A stretch of DNA of 32,435 nucleotides from Chloroflexota bacterium (GTDB taxonomy: Bacteria; Chloroflexota; Limnocylindria; QHBO01): NCBI GenBank assembly GCA_005879815.1, contig VBKA01000069.1:1-32435 (forward strand), written 5' to 3'. Every line of letters begins with the position of its first letter. The first letter of the stretch is position 1. The notes under the pieces are model-generated. The model was not told the origin of the DNA. It saw nothing but the letters and a program-made list of their open reading frames with translations, and ran no database searches. This document shows positions 25,431 through 32,435 of this stretch, one piece after another. A program made the translations under genes and the position numbers.

Positions 25431-27523
25431 CGAGCCGTTGGGGGAGCCTCTTGGAAGGCCGCGCGCCAGGCACCGGAAAGCTCGCGATCCTGGCGCTCGC
25501 TGGATTCGTGACGCTCAGCGCCTGCTCCTCTGGACCGGCACCGACTCCGTACCCGACACCGGTTCCCACGCCGCCAGCCGCGGCCGCAAAGCTCACAGCC
25601 CAGCAATACCTGGCGGCCTGGGCGGCCGGCAACTTCGAGGCGATGTGGGACCTGCTCGCGCCCATCGACCAGGCTAGGGTCGGGCACGCTCGCTTCGTCG
25701 CACTCCATCGTCAGTTCGCCACACTCGTGCACGAGACCGGCCTGGTGGCGACCCCTGGCGACCCGCAGCCTGCCGCGCTGCCACCCGAGGCGCGCCTCCC
25801 CGCAGCTGTCGCCAGGGGTTCGCAGCAGCCCGGGGCCTCCAGTACGCCCGGCCTCTCCGGCGCGCCGAGCGCCTCTGAGACGCCCAGCGCCTCCGCCACG
25901 CCTGGCGTTTCGCCATCGGGCTCGGAGGAGTCGCTTGCCGCCGGCCCAGTGCCGGGAATGGCGGTGCCGGTCAGCCTCGCCTTCTCCACCGACCTGCTGG
26001 GCGAGATAAGCCTGCAACGCACGATGATGCTGGGTCAGGGCGCCTCCACGTGGCAGGTGCGCTGGAACCCGGAGCTGCTCTTCCCCGAACTGGGCAGCGA
26101 CGGCACTCTCGCATTGACCAGGCAGACCTCGCCTCGTGGCAGGATCGTGTCCCGCAATGGGACCGTGTTCGCCATGACCCGGCGCGATGGCATGCGCGTG
26201 TATCCGCAGGAGTCGCTGGCAGGCCAGGCCATCGGCTACGTCAGCAAGGTGACCGCGGAGGACCTCAAGACGCTCTCGGCCAAGGGTTACCTGCCAGGTG
26301 ACTGGGTCGGTCGCAGCGGGCTTGAGCACGGCGCTGAGGCGCTGCTTCGCGGGACGCCAGGCTTCAAGCTCCTCGCCGAACGACCCGGCATGGACCCCGT
26401 CACGGTCTTCCACACGCCTGTGATTCCCGGCGCAACGCTCACCATCAGCCTGCACCCGGACCTGCAGCGAGCCGCCGAGGCAGCCATGAGCCGCTATCCA
26501 CGGGTCGGCAACGCCGCGGTGGACCCGCGCACTGGCGAGGTCTGGGTGCTCGCCTCACTCCCGGCGTTCGACCCGAACGCGATGACCCTGGGCACGACCC
26601 TGCGCGGCTTCCCCCTCGCCAGGCCCGGCCAGGAGCAGATCATGGACAAGGCGGTCCTCGGCGCATATCCGACCGGTTCCTCGTTCAAGCCATTCACCCT
26701 TGGCGCCGCGCTGCAGACGAGGACCGTCACAACGGCGACGCGCATGCTCTGCCCCGGCACCTGGACGTACTCGGGATTCACCTTCAAGAACTGGATGCGC
26801 GAGTCCCTCGCCGGCTTCCGACCGTGGGTCGACACGATGGCGCTTAGCTGCAACACGACCTACATGCCGCTCAGCATCCTTGTGTACGAGCGAAACAGGA
26901 CCGCCCTGACCGATCTGCAGGCGAGCTTCGGCTACGGCCAGCCGACCGGGATCGCGTTCCTGGCTGAGAGCCCTGGCGTCCTCCCGGACGCCGCCTACTT
27001 CAAGACGCACAAGCGATGGACTGGGAAGTACTCCCCGTACGGGCCCTTCGACCAGATCCAGCTGGCGATCGGGCAGGGGTCATTCCTGGGTACGCCGCTC
27101 CAGCAGGCAATGGCCTACGCCGCATGGGGCAATCGAGGCACGCTCTGGCGCCCACGCATCGTCCTGAAGGCGACGCTGCCGAACGGGCAGGTCGTGTACC
27201 AGGGCAAGCCAACGGTGCATCGCAAGATCCCGCTCACGCGGCCGGTGATGGACTTCGTGGTCACCACGCTGCGCGCCGTGGTCACCTCGCCGCTCGGAAC
27301 GGCCACCAACGCCTTCGCCGGTTTTCCCATCGCCGCTGCCGGGAAGAGCGGCACGGCGGAGACGGGCGGGCCCGACCCCGACGCCTGGTTCCCGGCCTTC
27401 GCGCCCATGAACGGCCCGAGCATCGCGGTCGCCACCGTGGTGGTGACCGTGCCCCTGGGGACCGGGGGAGACTTTGCCGCGCCCATCACCCGGCGCGTGA
27501 TGGAGGCCTACTTCTTCCGTTGA
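25427..27523 (+). CDS. Class B penicillin-binding protein (lipoprotein; NTF2-like N-domain, dimerisation and transpeptidase domains)
   Basis: Lipobox LSAC, PRGRIV, RVYP, GRSGLE, SxxK (GSSFK), SxN (SCN) and KSG (AGKSGTAE). ATG 25427 overlaps the PIG-L stop. Confidence 0.93.
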   Translation: MTSRWGSLLEGRAPGTGKLAILALAGFVTLSACSSGPAPTPYPTPVPTPPAAAAKLTAQQYLAAWAAGNFEAMWDLLAPIDQARVGHARFVALHRQFATLVHETGLVATPGDPQPAALPPEARLPAAVARGSQQPGASSTPGLSGAPSASETPSASATPGVSPSGSEESLAAGPVPGMAVPVSLAFSTDLLGEISLQRTMMLGQGASTWQVRWNPELLFPELGSDGTLALTRQTSPRGRIVSRNGTVFAMTRRDGMRVYPQESLAGQAIGYVSKVTAEDLKTLSAKGYLPGDWVGRSGLEHGAEALLRGTPGFKLLAERPGMDPVTVFHTPVIPGATLTISLHPDLQRAAEAAMSRYPRVGNAAVDPRTGEVWVLASLPAFDPNAMTLGTTLRGFPLARPGQEQIMDKAVLGAYPTGSSFKPFTLGAALQTRTVTTATRMLCPGTWTYSGFTFKNWMRESLAGFRPWVDTMALSCNTTYMPLSILVYERNRTALTDLQASFGYGQPTGIAFLAESPGVLPDAAYFKTHKRWTGKYSPYGPFDQIQLAIGQGSFLGTPLQQAMAYAAWGNRGTLWRPRIVLKATLPNGQVVYQGKPTVHRKIPLTRPVMDFVVTTLRAVVTSPLGTATNAFAGFPIAAAGKSGTAETGGPDPDAWFPAFAPMNGPSIAVATVVVTVPLGTGGDFAAPITRRVMEAYFFR

Positions 27524-27539
27524 CGCGGCGCGCCCTTCT

Positions 27540-27569
27540 TTGACACGCCGAAGCGGCGAACGGTAGCAT
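27540..27569 (+). promoter_or_regulatory. Sigma70-type promoter of the respiratory operon
   Basis: Perfect -35 TTGACA (27540-27545), 18-nt spacer, -10 TAGCAT (27564-27569). The spacer contains the inverted repeat CGCCG-AAG-CGGCG. Confidence 0.7.
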
Positions 27570-27705
27570 CGGCTCGCGGTGGCTCCTTGCGCGGCTCCTC
27601 GTCCGGCTCTCCAGGAAGCGCACCCCAACGTTCCCCTGGCACCCCGCCCAAACCTTGCTGGCGACCTCCTCCAGCCTCCAAATCGGACCCGATGAGCGAA
27701 CGCTA

Positions 27706-29679
27706 GTGATCTCAGAGAACGCAATTCCGCTTCGGTTCCAGACAGCCGAAGTTGGCGTCGACTGGTTGCAGTGCAACATCGAGTGCCAGGAAGGCTGCCC
27801 GGTGAACACGAACTGCCGAGGCTACCTGATGCTTGCCGCGGAGGGTCGCTTCGAGGAGGGATACATCCTCGCCCGCGACCCGAACCCGGTCGCCGCCATC
27901 TGCGGCTACGTGTGCAGCGCGCCGTGCGAGAAGGCCTGCCGTCGGGCCGACATCGACAAGCCGCTCGCCATCCGGGCCATGAAGCGCTTCCTCGTCGACT
28001 GGCACTACGGCAACAACATGCCCGACAACGTCCAGGTGGCGCCCCAGACCGGAAGGAGCGTGGGGGTGGTGGGGGCCGGACCCGCGGGCCTCACTGTCGC
28101 CAAGGAGCTGGCCAGCTACGGCCACGAGGTCCACATCTACGAGGCGCTCCCCTCCGGTGGCGGGACGTGCCTGATCGGCGTGCCGGCCTTCCGCCTGCCG
28201 CGAGACGTCATCGAGCTCGACGTGGCGTGGGTCGCGAAGCATGGCGTCGAGTTCCACTACGACGTCGAGATCGGCCGCGACATCACGCTCGACCAGCTTC
28301 GCGAGCGTCACGATGCCGTCGTGGTCGCCGCCGGCTGCATGTATCCGGTGGCGATGAACGTGCCCGGCGAGGAGCTCGACGGCGTGATCTACGGCGTCGA
28401 CTTCCTCAAGCGCGCCAACCTGGGCGAGGAGCAGTGGGTCGGCAATCACGTGGTGGTGGTCGGTGGCGGCTACACCGCCATGGACTCTTCCCGCACGGCG
28501 CTCCGGCTGGGCGCCAAGACGAGCACGATCCTCTACCGGCGAGGACCGGAGGAGATGGTCGTCGACGAGGAGGAGCAGCACGAGACACGCTTCGAAGGCG
28601 TCAAGTTCGAGTTCTTCGCCTCGCCGGTCGAGGTGATCACCGACGACCACGGCAAGGTCACCGGCATGACCTTCCAGCGCACCCGCCTGGGGCCGCCGGA
28701 CGCCACCGGCCGTCGGTCCGCGGAACCGATTCCCGGCAGCGAGTTCACCATCACCTGCGACATGGTCATCCCGTGCACGAGCCAGGCGGCCGATAACAAC
28801 GTGCTCGGCGAGTTCGGCTCCAAGCTGAATCGACACCTGGGCGTGACCGATACGCGCTCGGTCCTGGACGGCGGCTCGGTCTCCTCCTGGCGCACCAATC
28901 CCTTGAATGGAACCACTCCCCGGCACGCCGACGGCACGCCCTATAACGCCATGAAGTTCGACTTCAGCCGCGGGTACGTCGGCACCAACGCCGACTCCTT
29001 CGTCACCAACGTGGACGGCGTCTTCGCCTGCGGCGACTTCGTGACCGGTCCCGCCACCATCATCGAGGCCGCCGGCCGCGGACGGCGGGCCGCGAGAGCC
29101 GTGGACCGATGGCTGACAGGGGCACGCGACGTGGAGCTCGAGGAGCTTCCCGTCATCAACCGTGCGGTGATCACCCAGACCCTCGAGCACGACATGCCCA
29201 AGGACTACGAGTCGTTCGAGCGCCACCACATCCCCATGGCGCCCCCGGAGCTGCGGCGTGACTTCACGAGCCTGGTCGAGGTGGGCTACGACACCCGCAG
29301 CGCGATCGAGGAGGGCGCGCGCTGCCTCCAGTGCAACCACAACATCAACATCGATGGGCCCCGCTGTATCCTGTGCGGGCTCTGCGCAGACGTGTGCCCC
29401 GAGGGCGTGATCTACATGGTCGACAAGGCGCAGGTGGGCGGCGACGACCCGGAGGTCGACCTCTTCCAGTCGTGGCCACGCGGGATCGCCATGATCATCG
29501 ACGAGGAGCGCTGCATCCGCTGCAACCTCTGCGTCGAGCGCTGTCCGACCAACTGCATCACCATGGACCGGCTCGAGCTCGAGCGCTTCACGCCTGACGG
29601 GAAGGTTCTGTTGGAGAGCTACAAGGACAACGTCCTGGGTCAGATCGGGCAGGTAGCCGGCATGCCGGTGCAGCGATGA
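27706..29679 (+). CDS. NfnB/GltD/DsrL-like FAD/NAD(P)-dependent oxidoreductase with N-terminal Fe-S and C-terminal 2x[4Fe-4S] domain
   Basis: [59 protein letters not shown] and [12 protein letters not shown]. The start is uncertain (GTG 27706 or TTG 27655). Confidence 0.9.
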   Translation: MISENAIPLRFQTAEVGVDWLQCNIECQEGCPVNTNCRGYLMLAAEGRFEEGYILARDPNPVAAICGYVCSAPCEKACRRADIDKPLAIRAMKRFLVDWHYGNNMPDNVQVAPQTGRSVGVVGAGPAGLTVAKELASYGHEVHIYEALPSGGGTCLIGVPAFRLPRDVIELDVAWVAKHGVEFHYDVEIGRDITLDQLRERHDAVVVAAGCMYPVAMNVPGEELDGVIYGVDFLKRANLGEEQWVGNHVVVVGGGYTAMDSSRTALRLGAKTSTILYRRGPEEMVVDEEEQHETRFEGVKFEFFASPVEVITDDHGKVTGMTFQRTRLGPPDATGRRSAEPIPGSEFTITCDMVIPCTSQAADNNVLGEFGSKLNRHLGVTDTRSVLDGGSVSSWRTNPLNGTTPRHADGTPYNAMKFDFSRGYVGTNADSFVTNVDGVFACGDFVTGPATIIEAAGRGRRAARAVDRWLTGARDVELEELPVINRAVITQTLEHDMPKDYESFERHHIPMAPPELRRDFTSLVEVGYDTRSAIEEGARCLQCNHNINIDGPRCILCGLCADVCPEGVIYMVDKAQVGGDDPEVDLFQSWPRGIAMIIDEERCIRCNLCVERCPTNCITMDRLELERFTPDGKVLLESYKDNVLGQIGQVAGMPVQR

Positions 29680-30410
29680 GCTTCCCGGGGCCGGGCGACC
29701 TTTACAAGTCCGTCAAGGAATCGCAGATCTGGCGATCCTTCTTCCGCCAGCCGTACCCGACCACCAGCCGCACGCGCGCGCTGGCGGTCATGAACAACGT
29801 CTTCCTCCACCTCCACCCGGTGCGCGTCAAGCGTCACGCCGTGCGCTACACGTACACCTTCTGCCTTGGCGGAATCAGCTTCTTCCTGTTCCTGGCGCTG
29901 ACCGTGACCGGGCTCTACCTGATGTTCTTCTACGTCCCGTCGGTGAGCCGCGCCTACCAGGACATCCTGTCGATCGAGAATTCGGTCGCCTTTGGCTCGC
30001 TCGTCCGCAACATGCACCGATGGGCCGCGCACCTCATGGTGCTGACCGTCTTCCTGCACATGATCCGGGTCTTCTACCACGGTGCCTACAAGCCGCCGCG
30101 CGAGTTCAACTGGGTGGTCGGCGTGGTCCTCCTGCTGCTCACCCTGCTGCTGAGCTTCACCGGCTACCTGCTGCCGTGGGACCAGATCGCCTTCTGGGCC
30201 ATCACGGTGGGCAGCCAGATGGCGACCTACGCACCACTCATCCCCGGCGAGTCGTCGATCTTCATCCTGGGCGGCATCGAGGTGGGCCAGAACACGCTCA
30301 TCCGCTTCTACGTCTTCCACGTGATCGCGTTCCCGCTCATCGCCGCCATCTTCATGATCGTCCACTTCTGGCGGATCCGGAAGGATGGCGGCATCAGCGG
30401 ACCCGTGTGA
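29676..30410 (+). CDS. petB: Cytochrome b6-like N-terminal subunit of a Rieske/cytochrome b complex
   Basis: TFCLGG (heme ci Cys), RNMHRW...[17 protein letters not shown]-x14-H in helix D, and C-terminal GISGPV. Confidence 0.93.
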   Translation: MSFPGPGDLYKSVKESQIWRSFFRQPYPTTSRTRALAVMNNVFLHLHPVRVKRHAVRYTYTFCLGGISFFLFLALTVTGLYLMFFYVPSVSRAYQDILSIENSVAFGSLVRNMHRWAAHLMVLTVFLHMIRVFYHGAYKPPREFNWVVGVVLLLLTLLLSFTGYLLPWDQIAFWAITVGSQMATYAPLIPGESSIFILGGIEVGQNTLIRFYVFHVIAFPLIAAIFMIVHFWRIRKDGGISGPV

Positions 30411-30438
30411 GCGTCGCTAGCATGGAGCTCGTAGAGCC

Positions 30439-31056
30439 ATGACCATCGAGAAGCGCCCCAACGCGATCGCCGACAAGACGGCTCCCAGCCAGGCGCCGCG
30501 GGTGCCGGCCGTCGAACGGCCCGGCGGTGGCCCAAAGCTGCCTGGCCCGCCCGGCGGCCCGGGAACCGAGCGCTTCCGGCTGCTCGCCTACGTCAAGCAG
30601 GAATCGATGGTCCGCGTCGACAAGCGGCCGGACGAGACCGTCCTCACCTGGCCGCACCTGCTCCGCGCCGAGTTCCTGATGGCGGGGCTCATCAGCGGTC
30701 TGCTGGTGGTCACCTCGTTCCTGATCCAGGCCCCGCTCGAGGAGATGGCCAACGCATCGGTCACCCCGCACGTGGCCAAGGCGCCGTGGTACTTCCTTGG
30801 TCTGCAAGAGATCCTCAGCTACTTCAACGCCACCGTGGCCGGTGTCCTCGTCCCAACCCTCTACCTGGTAGGACTGGCCATCATCCCGTACATCGACCGC
30901 TCGCCGTTCAAGGCGGCGCGCGATCGGAAGCTGATCTGGATCTTCTTCCTGTGCCTGATGGTGGGCGGCCTGATCGTGACCTTCATCGGCTCATTCTTCC
31001 GCGGCCCCGGCTGGAACTGGCGCTGGCCGTGGGAGGGGATCTTCTTCAACCTGTGA
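30439..31056 (+). CDS. petD: Subunit IV-like (cytochrome b C-terminal) protein
   Basis: TWPHLL, APLEEMANASVTP, KAPWYFLGLQE (PEWY-equivalent) and IPYIDRSP. Three TM segments. Confidence 0.88.
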   Translation: MTIEKRPNAIADKTAPSQAPRVPAVERPGGGPKLPGPPGGPGTERFRLLAYVKQESMVRVDKRPDETVLTWPHLLRAEFLMAGLISGLLVVTSFLIQAPLEEMANASVTPHVAKAPWYFLGLQEILSYFNATVAGVLVPTLYLVGLAIIPYIDRSPFKAARDRKLIWIFFLCLMVGGLIVTFIGSFFRGPGWNWRWPWEGIFFNL

Positions 31057-31066
31057 GCAGCGCGAC

Positions 31067-31681
31067 ATGAGCACGAACCTCTCCTACGGGCCGGTCACCG
31101 AGCAGCCGGCCGGCGAGATCAGCCGGCGCACCTTCATGCGCCGCATGATTGGGGTGGGGGTGGGCGTGCTCTCGCTCGAGTTTCTTGGCGGCACGCTCGC
31201 GTTCCTCTATCCGAACCTGAGCGGTGGCCTCGGGGGCGAGATCGCGATCGGCAGCGCCAGCGACATCACCTCGCTCTTCCCCGACTGGGCCAAGGGCCAG
31301 CCCTTCAGCTACCCCAAGGCACGCCTCTTCCTGGTGAACGTCCCAGCCGGCAAGGCGCTGGTCGACGGTAAGGAAACCAGCGTGCCGGACCCCAAGGACC
31401 AGGTCCTGGCGCTGTACCGCAAGTGCCCGCACCTCGGCTGCCAGATCCCGCCGCTTTGCGAGAAGAGCCACTGGTTCGAATGCCTCTGCCACGGAAGCAA
31501 ATACACCATCCTCGGCGAGAAGCGGGCGGGTCCCGCTCCGCGTGGCATGGACCGCTTCCCGACCAGCATCACTGGCGGCCAGTACGTGGTGAACACCGGC
31601 AAGAAGGAGACCGGCCCGCCCATCGGCACCGCAACGTTCGACAACCGGGACGCCGACAAGATCCCGCATTGCACCGGCTGA
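31067..31681 (+). CDS. petC: Rieske [2Fe-2S] protein, Tat-exported
   Basis: SRRTFM twin-Arg followed by a TM helix. CPHLGC and CLCHGSKY boxes, plus GPAPR. Confidence 0.95.
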   Translation: MSTNLSYGPVTEQPAGEISRRTFMRRMIGVGVGVLSLEFLGGTLAFLYPNLSGGLGGEIAIGSASDITSLFPDWAKGQPFSYPKARLFLVNVPAGKALVDGKETSVPDPKDQVLALYRKCPHLGCQIPPLCEKSHWFECLCHGSKYTILGEKRAGPAPRGMDRFPTSITGGQYVVNTGKKETGPPIGTATFDNRDADKIPHCTG

Positions 31682-31714
31682 GCCGATGCGCGACATCCTC
31701 CTGAGCCGATGCGC
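31678..31714 (+). repeat. 14-bp exact direct repeat at the Rieske stop / cytochrome c start junction
   Basis: CTGAGCCGATGCGC at 31678-31691 and 31701-31714. Confidence 0.8.
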
Positions 31715-32435
31715 CTGAAGACGCTGGGCGTCATTGTCGTCACGGCGCTGGCGCTCTTCACCGTCTTCTACTGGGTCACCGATCCGTCCCGCCTGACGGG
31801 CCGCCAGGCCCAGGCCAGCAAGGACGAGCTCGCGTATGGCGAACGCGTCTTCGCCAACAACAAGACCGACGCCTCCGCGGCCCAGTGCGCCCGATGCCAC
31901 GGCGATGACGGCAAGGGCGGCCAGGTGCCCGGGACCAAGAACATGGCTCCGAACCTCCACAGCCCCAGCATTGCCAAGAAGCTCAAGGTCAACCCGGATT
32001 ACGTGAACCTGGTGATCCGGTATGGCGGCGTCGTGGTGTCGGGCAACGTCAACTCCGACATGCCGGCCTGGAGCACGGAGGTGGGCGGATCGCTGACGGT
32101 GGAGCAGATCGATGCGGTGACCGCGCTGGTCACTGGATGGGCGGAGGAGGCGGCCTCACAGTCGCAGGCCCCTGTCGCCAACACGCCGGAGGGCGGCAAG
32201 CAGGTCTACAACTCCGCCGGCTGCGTCAGCTGCCACCAGCCCGATCTTGGCGGCGTGCCGGGAACCTACCCAAGCCTGCAGAACGTCGGCAACGAGATCG
32301 GCACCGGCCTGCCCACCCCGCCAAGCGGATTGGCCAAGATGAAGGCCGACTACGCCAAGGATCCCAAGACCTTCTTCACCAACTGGATCCGCGACTCGAC
32401 CAACAACTACAACGGCGGCACCGCGACCGGCATGC
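31709..32435 (+). CDS. Membrane-anchored c-type cytochrome with at least 2 hemes, 3'-partial (absent from ORF track)
   Basis: Translated by hand: MRLKTLGVIVVTALALFTVFYW (TM)...YGERVF...CARCHGDDGKGG...APNL...MPAW...GKQVYNSAGCVSCH. The frame is open to the window end. Confidence 0.92.
   Translation, partial: MRLKTLGVIVVTALALFTVFYWVTDPSRLTGRQAQASKDELAYGERVFANNKTDASAAQCARCHGDDGKGGQVPGTKNMAPNLHSPSIAKKLKVNPDYVNLVIRYGGVVVSGNVNSDMPAWSTEVGGSLTVEQIDAVTALVTGWAEEAASQSQAPVANTPEGGKQVYNSAGCVSCHQPDLGGVPGTYPSLQNVGNEIGTGLPTPPSGLAKMKADYAKDPKTFFTNWIRDSTNNYNGGTATGM

Noticed and set aside
25820-25930. Short repeats in the PBP and lipoprotein genes
   Set aside because: They encode Pro/Ser/Thr/Ala low-complexity linkers and are not a DNA-level array.
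27712-29340. 542-aa minus-strand ORF (also 21007-22056 and similar)
   Set aside because: Antisense mirror of a strongly codon-biased real gene, with no domain features.
27706-29679. DsrL / sulfur metabolism or glutamate synthase small subunit
   Set aside because: The architecture is similar, but there is no dsrAB or gltB in the window, and the gene is coupled to cytochrome b.
29676-31681. Evidence of photosynthesis (b6f)
   Set aside because: b6-type split cytochrome b with heme ci also occurs in non-phototrophs. There is no cytochrome f or reaction-centre gene here.
1-32435. CRISPR array, tRNA/rRNA, IS elements
   Set aside because: Intergenic gaps are all under about 250 bp, and none shows repeat-spacer periodicity, a cloverleaf, or transposase motifs.

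Overview
High-GC bacterial chromosomal window. Gene content and style suggest Chloroflexota, possibly a Limnocylindria-like lineage; this is an inference. It holds about 31 CDS and one clear TPP riboswitch. I found no tRNA, rRNA, CRISPR array or mobile element. Left to right: (1) Ku (5'-partial) followed by a ligase-fold protein whose catalytic motifs are all degenerate; (2) a minus-strand operon of HTH-WYL regulator, CYTH protein and O-antigen-ligase/TPR protein; (3) a large HTH-4xGAF-GGDEF-degenerate HD gene broken by an apparent ~53-bp frameshifting deletion at 7627/7628; (4) a secreted beta-propeller, M23 peptidase and lipoprotein operon behind an unannotated, switch-like ~105-nt 5' leader; (5) ybaK; (6) a TPP-riboswitch thiN-ykoEDC operon; (7) an FAD oxidoreductase, a Ser-less alpha/beta hydrolase, bcp and two tandem 48-aa membrane proteins; (8) an Mre11/Rad50-like (YhaO/YhaN) pair behind a TGACAG-N5-CTGTCA palindrome that overlaps a PafBC-style promoter; (9) a PIG-L deacetylase and a class B PBP; (10) a respiratory operon joining an NfnB/GltD/DsrL-like NAD(P) flavo-Fe-S protein to a b6-type Rieske/cytochrome b complex and a multiheme cytochrome c (3'-partial). 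The best leads are the candidate riboswitch at 10727-10836, a possible WYL-controlled DNA-break-repair regulon, the Ku-linked pseudo-ligase, the DNA-binding diguanylate cyclase, and the flavoprotein-coupled bc complex.
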